From assembly GCA_000442015.1 (NCBI GenBank), contig KE560848.1, positions 123,603-143,602 of the forward strand: 20,000 nucleotides of DNA. The letters run 5' to 3'. The number at the start of each line of letters is the position of its first letter. Position 1 is the stretch's first letter. The DNA is from Rozella allomycis CSF55 (lineage: Eukaryota). This document shows, piece by piece, positions 12,287 through 19,784 of the stretch. The position numbers were made by a program, and so were the translations under genes. A model generated the notes under the pieces. The model had not been told where the DNA came from and made no database searches. It saw only the letters and a list, made by a program, of their open reading frames with translations.

Positions 12287-13039
12287 ATGAAAAGATTTCT
12301 TCATCAGTCTCTTATTCTAAACTGTCCAAGAAATTTAGGCCGCTTGCAGCCAAAGATACTGCCAAGGTTAAAGGTGAGACCCAACGTCCAAGACCTGTAC
12401 GAAACCGAAGTTGAAGAATTCACGCCATTGTGGCAAAAGGTTACGCATGAAAGAAAAGAAAAAACATTCAGAGACGATTCAGTGGATACATCCATCCTCA
12501 AGGACAGGTATTCAAAGGATCCAATTGCACTGGACGAAATACTAACATGTTTGGAGGCCGAAAGGGCAATTAACATTACTGTTCTTGATGTTAAAAACAG
12601 GCATACATTTTGCAATTATTTTGTTATAGCAGAAGGCACTTCCGGAAAAGGTATAAGAACTATTGCTACCGGGCTGTGTTACCAGTTTAAGCACCGGCCT
12701 ATTCCGTTGAATGCGCCGCTTTCTGTTGAGGGAAAGGAATGCGAAGACTGGAAAATTGTAGACTTTGGGCCTGTCGTAGTGCATTTGTTTACAGAGGAGG
12801 CGAGAAGTAAGTACAAGTTGGAGAAACTGTGGGAGGAGGATAGGTCCCAAGAAAGAGTCCCTGGATATCCATTGGGATCTGGAGTTAAACAAAGGTTTGC
12901 TGAAAATGAAATTGATGACGATTTTGAGTTTTATTCGAGCAAAAATGAAATGGAAGGTTTTGACGATGACAAGGAAGGTGTGGATGAATTGGAACAGAAT
13001 GAACTTGAAGAACAAGATGATGAGCTTGAAAAGAAATAA
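12287..13039 (+). CDS. MALSU1: Mitochondrial ribosome silencing/assembly factor, RsfS/Iojap/MALSU1 family
   Basis: Family motifs LEAERAINITVLDV...YFVIAEGTS...VEG...DWKIVDFGPVVVHLFTEEARSKYKLEKLW. Basic, acid-free N-terminus resembling a presequence; acidic C-terminal tail. Confidence 0.9.
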   Translation: MKRFLHQSLILNCPRNLGRLQPKILPRLKVRPNVQDLYETEVEEFTPLWQKVTHERKEKTFRDDSVDTSILKDRYSKDPIALDEILTCLEAERAINITVLDVKNRHTFCNYFVIAEGTSGKGIRTIATGLCYQFKHRPIPLNAPLSVEGKECEDWKIVDFGPVVVHLFTEEARSKYKLEKLWEEDRSQERVPGYPLGSGVKQRFAENEIDDDFEFYSSKNEMEGFDDDKEGVDELEQNELEEQDDELEKK

Positions 13040-13477
13040 AATGTGTTTGAGTGGGCAATGAATTGCATAAATAAATGAATGTATTTAACCTTTCAGGACT
13101 AAATTTTCTAATTGATTATGATTAGTATTTTGGTTCATTTTTATCAATTTGCCTTCAAAAGAAGCAAATATTCTCACATAAAAAGCGCAAAAATAGATAT
13201 TTAATTACCTAGAATCTAGACTTTTAAATATACTTAGAGGTTAAAAAGTTTATTGTGTTAAAATTGCGAGTGGGCTCGTCATAATAACACGAGAACAACT
13301 ATTGCCTCTGAATTTTCGCAGTTTTTCTACAGCCATGCGATATCGATTTATGTTCCTGGTTTGGAGGTGCCGGTGGCCCTTCCCATTTAGAAACGTCGTA
13401 ACCAAGTTCTTTATATTTTCATACTTGTTGTCTTTAGCTAGATGCCAAAAGTAACCATAAAACATTGCAACCTCTTG

Positions 13478-13783
13478 TGTCGTACCAGGGATTCTCATCC
13501 CAATTCATAGAGGGATTCTCATCCCACCTTCCTTAGAATAATTATCAAAGAGAGGAGTCATAACTCTCAAAGGATCTCTTAATACTGACGGATCTCTATT
13601 CTGATACTAATTATAGAAAGGGATACTATTTATAGAAAAGACCCACATATAAAACTCTAAGGAGATATCAATAAATAGAACGGGGGATAATCCATTCTCA
13701 ATCGACATCTGTTTTTACTTTTTATCTTACGATTTATTATCCAATTTACGAGGATTAAGGTTCTATGAGCGCATGGAGCGACA
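13478..13783 (+). mobile_element. Solo LTR (306 bp) with 5-bp target-site duplication TCTTG
   Basis: Termini TGTCG...CGACA; TCTTG at 13473-13477 and 13784-13788; near-identical inverted copy at 19332..19661. TATAAAA at 13648 and AATAAA at 13670 in the LTR sense. Confidence 0.95.
13488..13526 (+). repeat. 24-bp tandem repeat in the LTR 5' part (1.6 copies), unit GGGATTCTCATCCCAATTCATAGA
   Basis: Directly visible; contains the inverted repeat GGGAT-N4-ATCCC. Confidence 0.9.
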
Positions 13784-14456
13784 TCTTGGATAACTCTTTC
13801 CGAAACCTCAAATTGGCACTTGGCGTATTCGTTGTAAATGACAAGCTTTAGGGCTGGTACGTCCCGCATTTCAACAATTTCAAGTAGAAACAATTCAAAT
13901 TGAGTAGCAGTTTTGATTTCTTTTTGAAGAAACTCAGTCAATCGAATGTCATAATTTTTTCCTCTTGGCTTGGGATACTCTATCCATTTGTCGTAGAATT
14001 GAGTTTTCTCGGTTTTATCAGTTTGAATTGAAGGAAAAATATAGCATATTAGTATTAATTTCAACCAATCAAATTTCATTAAGGAATTTTATTAAATCAC
14101 TATATCACTGCAAGTGACACTTTTTAAGCTATAGAATTCTTTTAAGTGAGTCAGTGACTAAGTCCCAGGCCATTGATATATTTTTCTCAATATTAGCTTC
14201 TGCTTGATATGCAGTCAGTGAAAGGTGTTGAATAATTCAAGTCACAAAAAACTCTTCGTTGAGGCACAAATTATAGAAATCATTGAGTTTTGGCATTATT
14301 TTTCAAATAAATTATAGGAGTGAAATTTACAAATTCAAGGCCACTGAGATCATCTTACTTGTCTTTTTATGAACAGAAAGAGTACTAAATATTACGTATC
14401 CACCAGAAAGAATTTCACCAGCAAAGTTTAAGGGGCATACTAATATTGTAGCTTTA

Positions 14457-15665
14457 ATGCCTTCAACAGAGTTTGTTCGAGAAGAAAACAGTTTACTCAA
14501 ATTAAAATGCATAGAAGATCTAGATTCAGAGGGAGTCAACGTTAATATTATTGGAATTTTAAAGGATGTAAAAGACGAGAAGGTTATTGTAACAAAAATG
14601 AATAATCAATTGAGTAAAAAGGATTTAGTGATTCAAGGATGCAAAGGAACTATTATTAACGCCACTCTTTGGAAAGATTGTATCCGGTGGGCTGAAAATC
14701 TTAAAATTCACGACATTGTTATTTTGACAGATATGAAAGTTTCGAAATTCAGAAATGAATGGCAACTGAATACTACTATCAGATCAACATTTTTTATTGT
14801 TGAAAGAGGTTTATTGATTAATCAAGATATCGCATCCAAATTTTCAAAGGAGATTCTTCATGGACTTTTGGACTTTAAGAAATCATTAATTAATACAAAA
14901 TCGGACAGAAAAATCGCCAAAACAATAAGAGATATCAGAATTATGAATCACGCAGAAGAAATCAAAGTTCAGGTCTATTTTCAATGTTCTTGTTCAGAGT
15001 ACCACGATAGACATTATCATGGTACCTTTGATAACTATCAGATTTTAATATTATTTGAACATTCTAAATGTGATATATATAATAAAGTGGTGCTATTTTA
15101 CGATGTAGTTTTCAAATGCACAGAAAATCTAATCATTTTAGAAGTTCTAAACAGAGGCAAATTTCAAGTCATAGAAACGACTGAAATAAAAAACTTGAAT
15201 ATAGAATATATCATAGAAAACAAGATCTCAGGTAAGAATTGTTTCATGTAGTTTTAAGGAATCGTTAACTCAAATTGCACCTTGAATCTGACAGCTAACC
15301 TCGAATTTCCGCCCTACAAGTGGTTTTGCAAGGCTTGTATGAATTTTATTGAACCAGATACAAATAATATCTTGTTTTGTCAGAATTGTGTTTCGAAAAT
15401 GGAGTTAATACATTGCTTTGCTCCTATAGCTGTAGATATATCAAAAAGGTTAAGGGCGAGTATTTCCCCAGATTGTGTCCGTTCTATGACACATCCCTGG
15501 AAAATTGAATACATATCCGATGAAAATGATTTTTCTGTATGGAAAAATGTTGTTGATGCACATATGAGCAGATCAGTCACTGCCCTTCTGCAAGTCAATA
15601 ATAAAGTAGATGATAATAAGTTTTTGACGTTACAATCGTGTATAATAAAGCAAATCACGGTTTGA
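14457..15665 (+). CDS. OB-fold ssDNA-binding protein with C-terminal C4 Zn-ribbon (RPA1-like, SHLD2/FAM35A-like); join(14457..15231,15259..15665), >=393 aa, true start probably upstream
   Basis: OB motif VNIIGILKDV...KKDLVI...INATLWKD...LKIHDIVILTDMKVSKF...LNTTIRS. A 27-nt intron joins it to an exon with CKAC...CQNC. The frame stays open upstream to ~14373, with possible further micro-introns near 14382-14410. Confidence 0.72.
15232..15258 (+). other. 27-nt intron (phase 1) with in-frame TAG
   Basis: GTAAGAATTGTTTCATGTAGTTTTAAG; joins two same-frame ORFs. Confidence 0.85.
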
Positions 15666-15880
15666 TCTCGGAAATCTAATTCTATTTGTAAATAATAAAT
15701 TAATCGATAGCATTTTCACTGTGAAATTTATGTTTATTAAAACTTTGAAACGAATTTTGGTTAAAATTTAGTGTTAATAAAAATGGTTTTAAACATTCTC
15801 GATTAAAAGACTGCTAAAACAGAACATAAATCTCATTTAAAAGTCTTTTATTTATTACACATTCCAAACAGTTCGCGGTT

Positions 15881-16795
15881 TTAATTTAGAAATATTCTTG
15901 AAAACAAACACGCGAAAAATCCCGTCAATACAAAGTTTGTATCGAAACTTGAACCTGATGAATTATTTAAAGTATTGCTTTTATCATTGTTCTCTGAATT
16001 CGTTTGATTTGCTGTAATATGTGAGACTTCAGACCCCAAGGTTTCAGGAGTAACACTAGATTCAATGTAATTCGTGTTGGAAAGAGTTTCGTTCTTGACT
16101 TTCGTTTCCTCATAAACCACTAAATTGTCATTGAGATGCTTCTTTTTCTTTTTTCCAATTATTTTTTTGGGTTCTGAATGTGTTTCATCCACATTTTCCA
16201 ATAAAACATTTTCAAATGATCCCTGTCCTTCTTGCAAGGGATCTTTAAGAATATCTGGGGTGCTTAAGTCTTGTGTTCCAATTATTTCAATCGGTGATGC
16301 CACCTCCGTATTTGCCAAAGGGTTACTGCTTAAAAACCCATTTGCAGATCCCATATTATTCTTTTGTCGATTTATGTACTCTGCCAAATTGTCAACTACA
16401 ACAACTTCAGTTAATTCTTTTGTTTTAGGAATTTCTATCGGTCTTGCTTTAGCAGATCCAGCTTTAGGAAGCAAAGTATTTTTAAGATAGTCTCGTATAC
16501 TTGACAATGACTCGAAATTATATTGTATAAACAGCTCCAACTGTTTTTTGTCAATTTTCTCTGGAGTCACGGGAAGAATAACAACAGTTTTAGAATTTTC
16601 CATAGGTGTCTGATCATCTGTTTCGCAGATTTGTCCGAGGTATCGCGTCACATTTCCAGCTACCTCCGGAATACCTAGCAAATCAACCAAAAAACTTGGC
16701 TCCACGCCGGCCAGGTATCCTGCAACTGCTACCTCGAAGCCATGAACATACTGCAGCAAGAAAATACTTGCTGTAAAGTAACCTAATATTCTCAT
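15881..16795 (-). CDS. Putative GPI-anchored cell-surface protein (304 aa)
   Basis: Signal peptide MRILGYFTASIFLLQYVHG; S/T/N/E-rich low-complexity C-terminal half with N-glycosylation sequons. Small-residue stretch NNSSGSS followed by a terminal hydrophobic tail FVLTGFFACLFSRIFLN. Confidence 0.75.
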   Translation of the reverse strand: MRILGYFTASIFLLQYVHGFEVAVAGYLAGVEPSFLVDLLGIPEVAGNVTRYLGQICETDDQTPMENSKTVVILPVTPEKIDKKQLELFIQYNFESLSSIRDYLKNTLLPKAGSAKARPIEIPKTKELTEVVVVDNLAEYINRQKNNMGSANGFLSSNPLANTEVASPIEIIGTQDLSTPDILKDPLQEGQGSFENVLLENVDETHSEPKKIIGKKKKKHLNDNLVVYEETKVKNETLSNTNYIESSVTPETLGSEVSHITANQTNSENNDKSNTLNNSSGSSFDTNFVLTGFFACLFSRIFLN

Positions 16796-16967
16796 TCAGA
16801 CAGGAACGAGTATAAGGGGTAAAGTAAGGAGTCATATCTAAAACGGAGTCCAAAAATAGTTCCAAGTGCTATATTTAATTTCTAGCATAGCATTTAAAAC
16901 GTCGACGAAAAAAATTTGGCGCGCAGATGCAATTTCCAAAATTTAGAAATTAAATATTAGAAAGTTA

Positions 16968-17789
16968 ATGGTATTCCCATCAACTCCGCGACAACACTGG
17001 ACGTCATATCGTCCTTTAACTCCAAGTGCGACACCTAGAAAAAAGAATTCTCATCATTCTTTACCCCTCGCCCCAAGGCTCTCCAGTTTACTCTTTAATT
17101 TAGCTCTCCAAGAGCCAAGAATACAAGACGCTGAAAATGCCGTAAATTTAGTAAATTAAATGCATTGCTGTAAAAAGGCTATTGAAACAGGAAACCCAAA
17201 CGTTTTCATGGAAGGATTGCACTTGACTGAGATGCCACCGGCTTTCCCAGATTTAAAGTTTACATACGGCTCCTTGTCTTTATTCCTTAGCGATAACAAA
17301 CTGAAATCACTTCCGTCTTGCTTATTCACAATGAATATTAGAGTTTTAATATTAAGGTCAAATCAGTTGGAAGAAATTGCACCATCTATACGAGAATTAG
17401 TTAATTTAAAAGAATTATCTTTAAGTTTTAATCAACTTAACCATCTACCTTGGGAGATACAGCTGTTACAGAAGTTATGCATTTTCGTTGCGAACCCAAA
17501 CCCTTGGATGGATTCAATTGAACCCGAAGCCGACATTGAACCATGTCAATCATTAAAGAACATAACCTTAAATAAAGTTGTCTCAAACCTCGAAGAGTAT
17601 AATACTCTGCCTCCACTTATTCAACGTCAGGTACCAAATGAAGAAAGAATATGTTACTTGTGTGGCAAAAGCATTTATATTCCCTGGAAAATTGTTGTTG
17701 TCAAACAAAATTGGATGGAGGGAAGATATCCATTTCAAACAGCCATTTGCTCATTTAATTGTTCAATCGCTAACAAGAATAAAGAATAA
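16968..17789 (+). CDS. Leucine-rich-repeat protein with BC/Cullin-box-like segment and C-terminal Cys motif; join(16968..17150,17178..17789), 264 aa
   Basis: LRRs LFLSDNKLKSLP, LILRSNQLEEIA, LSLSFNQLNHLP and FVANPNPW; then SLKNITLNKV...LPPLI and CYLC...CSFNC. A 27-nt intron gives the junction ENAVNL|AIETGN. Confidence 0.85.
17151..17177 (+). other. 27-nt intron (phase 0) with in-frame TAA
   Basis: GTAAATTAAATGCATTGCTGTAAAAAG; bridges same-frame ORFs 16968..17159 and 17160..17789. Confidence 0.8.
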
Positions 17790-17878
17790 CGAGATTCCAT
17801 AATCCCATTACAGTCCTTCAGCATTAAACAATAAAATTTGCATGTGAATTTCTTTCTCAAATTTCTCAAATATTTTGA

Positions 17879-18578
17879 ATGGAGTTGTTGGAATGGCCTG
17901 GATATTTTTATATATCTAATAGAACTGATCGACAATTTGTTACTCTACTCAAGGTAAATCTATAAATGTGTATTTATAGGATTATGGTGTTCCCATCACT
18001 CGCAATCTAGAAAAAGCAGATTTTGTTCTCGCTGAAAAGGATCAAAATTATGAAGGGCAAAAAGTTATCAAACCATCTTATATAACAGACTGCATTAAAG
18101 ACGGGACGGTCTTGGAAATTAACGATTATGTGGTCAAAGAGGACAAAAATGAGTTTTCAAAACAATCCAATTCACAAATGTCTACTGTGACTGATATAGA
18201 AGATACGCGAATGGAGCAAATGTTAGCTAGTCAAATCCAGAAAGTTACTCCGCCTACCACGCAATCAGATGAGGATGAAATAACTGAATTTTCAAATACC
18301 ATAACTTCTCTTTGTGAAAAGTATAAAAAAAGCGTTGAATGTATTTTCTCAGTGGTTGTCAATTGCAGCGGTGACATTTATACTGCAGAACTTTGTCTAG
18401 CGGGTAAAAAGTATCTGTCAAAAGTAAAGGCAAACAATTGCCACCATGGAATAAGGAGATGGATGATATAATAAAGCACGGATACGATGTATCACACTTT
18501 CAACTATTGAAAATGGAAAAAACGTTGGAAGAAATAAGAGAACGAGTAGAATTTTTGTCAGATCTAGATTTACTGTAA
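17879..18578 (+). CDS. RAP1: Rap1/TERF2IP-like telomere protein (BRCT + Rap1 C-terminal domain); join(17879..17953,17980..18403,18430..18578), 215 aa
   Basis: Spliced N-terminus MELLEWPGYFYISNRTDRQFVTLLK|DYGVPITRNLEKADFVL...IKPSYITDCIKDGTVLEINDYVV is a Rap1-type BRCT. C-terminus VVVNCSGDIYTAELCLAG|KQLPPWNKEMDDII...LLKMEKTLEEIRERVEFL matches the RCT pattern SG(D/E)...W...DD...R..FL. Two 26-nt introns keep the frame. Confidence 0.8.
17954..17979 (+). other. 26-nt intron (phase 0)
   Basis: GTAAATCTATAAATGTGTATTTATAG; supplies the ATG exon completing the BRCT domain. Confidence 0.88.
18404..18429 (+). other. 26-nt intron (phase 1)
   Basis: GTAAAAAGTATCTGTCAAAAGTAAAG; restores the RCT domain across a frame change. 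Confidence 0.85.
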
Positions 18579-18586
18579 TATATAAA

Positions 18587-19249
18587 TTAATATCTTTTTC
18601 CTTTTATTAATAAGAAATCTTCGCTGGTTTCAAGCTTGGGTCTTGCCGATTGCGCTCTTGTTTTCCTTTGAATATCATTAAGATCGGCTTTAATGGTGGA
18701 TTGTTTCTTGTTTGTACTCCTTGGTCGTGTCTGGCACATACTTGTAATGAAGAGGTCGTCACAATTTATTGTCTCCATCATCTTTTGCGTCCTTGACATT
18801 GACTTTTCTATTTCCTTTTTCTCGGTTAATTTATCAATTTGTCCTTTTTTCCAGTCCACATTCATGAGATGTGTTCTGTGAGATTTGAAAATAGCAGACA
18901 TCGGCCTTCTGGTCGGAATATTATCACTAGTATCATTTTTCCATGAAGATCGTTCTATAATCTTTAAGAACATATCAATCGATGTTACCGACTTTTTTGC
19001 GATCATACCAGTATTCGGGCGTTTGATTTCTTTGCTTGGTAGTTCAGCCGGACTATGAATCCCTGACATATTCTCACTAACTAATTCATGGAAAATCAAA
19101 AATAGGCGTTTGTTTAATTCTATGTCGCCCGAAATAATGTCGCTCATGGTTTCAATTGACCCTACTTGATGTCGCTCAAAGGCTTTGACACATTCCAGAA
19201 TATTTTCGTAGGTTTTCCCACTTAAATACAAATTCCTTGCTTTACGCAT
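18587..19249 (-). CDS. Uncharacterised protein (~220 aa exon); probably has an upstream exon reaching toward the LTR junction at 19331
   Basis: Long ORF convergent with the Rap1-like gene (stop codons 8 nt apart). Candidate intron 19236..19263 (GTAGGT...CAAG, 28 nt) links to an upstream frame with ATG at 19298 that stays open to 19331. Confidence 0.65.
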   Translation of the reverse strand: MRKARNLYLSGKTYENILECVKAFERHQVGSIETMSDIISGDIELNKRLFLIFHELVSENMSGIHSPAELPSKEIKRPNTGMIAKKSVTSIDMFLKIIERSSWKNDTSDNIPTRRPMSAIFKSHRTHLMNVDWKKGQIDKLTEKKEIEKSMSRTQKMMETINCDDLFITSMCQTRPRSTNKKQSTIKADLNDIQRKTRAQSARPKLETSEDFLLIKGKRY

Positions 19250-19331
19250 TTTAAATCACCTACTTCCCTGGCGAAGTTTCGTTATTTCTGTTCCCCATGT
19301 TTTGGTTCTCTTTTTCCTTCGGCGTTGTTTG

Positions 19332-19661
19332 TGTCGCTCCATGCGCTCATAGAACCTTAATCCTCGTAAATTGGATAGTAAATCGTAAGATAAAAAGTAA
19401 AAAACAGATGTCGATTGAGAATGGATTATCTCCGTTCTATTTATTGATATCTCCTCAGAGTTTTATATGTGGGTCTTTTCTATAAATAGTATCCCTTTCT
19501 ATAATTAGTATCAGAATAGAGATCCGTCAGGATTAAGAGATCCTTTGAGAGTTATAACTCCTCTCTTTGATAATTATTCTAAGGAAGGTGGGATGAGAAT
19601 CCCTCTATGAATTGGGATGAGAATCCCTCTATGAATTGGGATGAGAATCCCTGGTACGACA
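19332..19661 (-). repeat. 3' LTR (330 bp)
   Basis: Reverse complement of 13478..13783 with about 5 substitutions, two 1-nt indels and one extra 24-bp unit (counted by eye); TGTCG...CGACA termini. Confidence 0.95.
19589..19651 (-). repeat. 24-bp tandem repeat in the LTR (2.6 copies)
   Basis: TGGGATGAGAATCCC(TCTATGAAT) repeated on the + strand. Confidence 0.92.
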
Positions 19662-19673
19662 TTACCCCCTTCC
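19662..19673 (-). promoter_or_regulatory. Polypurine tract (plus-strand primer)
   Basis: Minus strand reads GGAAGGGGG-TAA directly before the TG of the LTR. Confidence 0.85.
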
Positions 19674-19784
19674 AGTAGCTGGAGGCGTTTAAAATAATGA
19701 AATTTCCTATCTGTTTCGATAGTTCCATTCTTGAAAATGAAGATTATCCCGGAGGTAAAGTACCATTTCTTGTACGTATATATG

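Larger units (their letters stand above)
13250..14079 (-). pseudogene. Putative secreted protein (172 aa when reconstructed) interrupted by a solo LTR
   Basis: Removing 13473..13783 (LTR plus one TSD copy) fuses the two minus-strand ORFs in frame: ...EVSERVIQ|EVAMFYGYFW...AILTQ*. N-terminus MKFDWLKLILICYIFPSIQT is signal-peptide-like. Confidence 0.85.

Noticed and set aside
13560-13650. Hammerhead ribozyme (retrozyme) in the LTR
   Set aside because: CTGACGG and CTGATAC do not match the CUGANGA core, and I could not build the three stems; an Infernal search would settle it.
11619-18881. Short overlapping ORFs (11619+, 12304-, 12542-, 14327-, 15380-, 16125+, 16683-, 17578+, 17735-, 18693+)
   Set aside because: They overlap better-supported genes in antisense or an alternative frame and have no recognisable motifs.
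13478-19661. One large DNA transposon with 300-bp terminal inverted repeats
   Set aside because: The left copy has its own TSD on both sides, the right copy has a PPT, the outer flanks (TCTTG vs TTACC) do not match, and no transposase lies between them.
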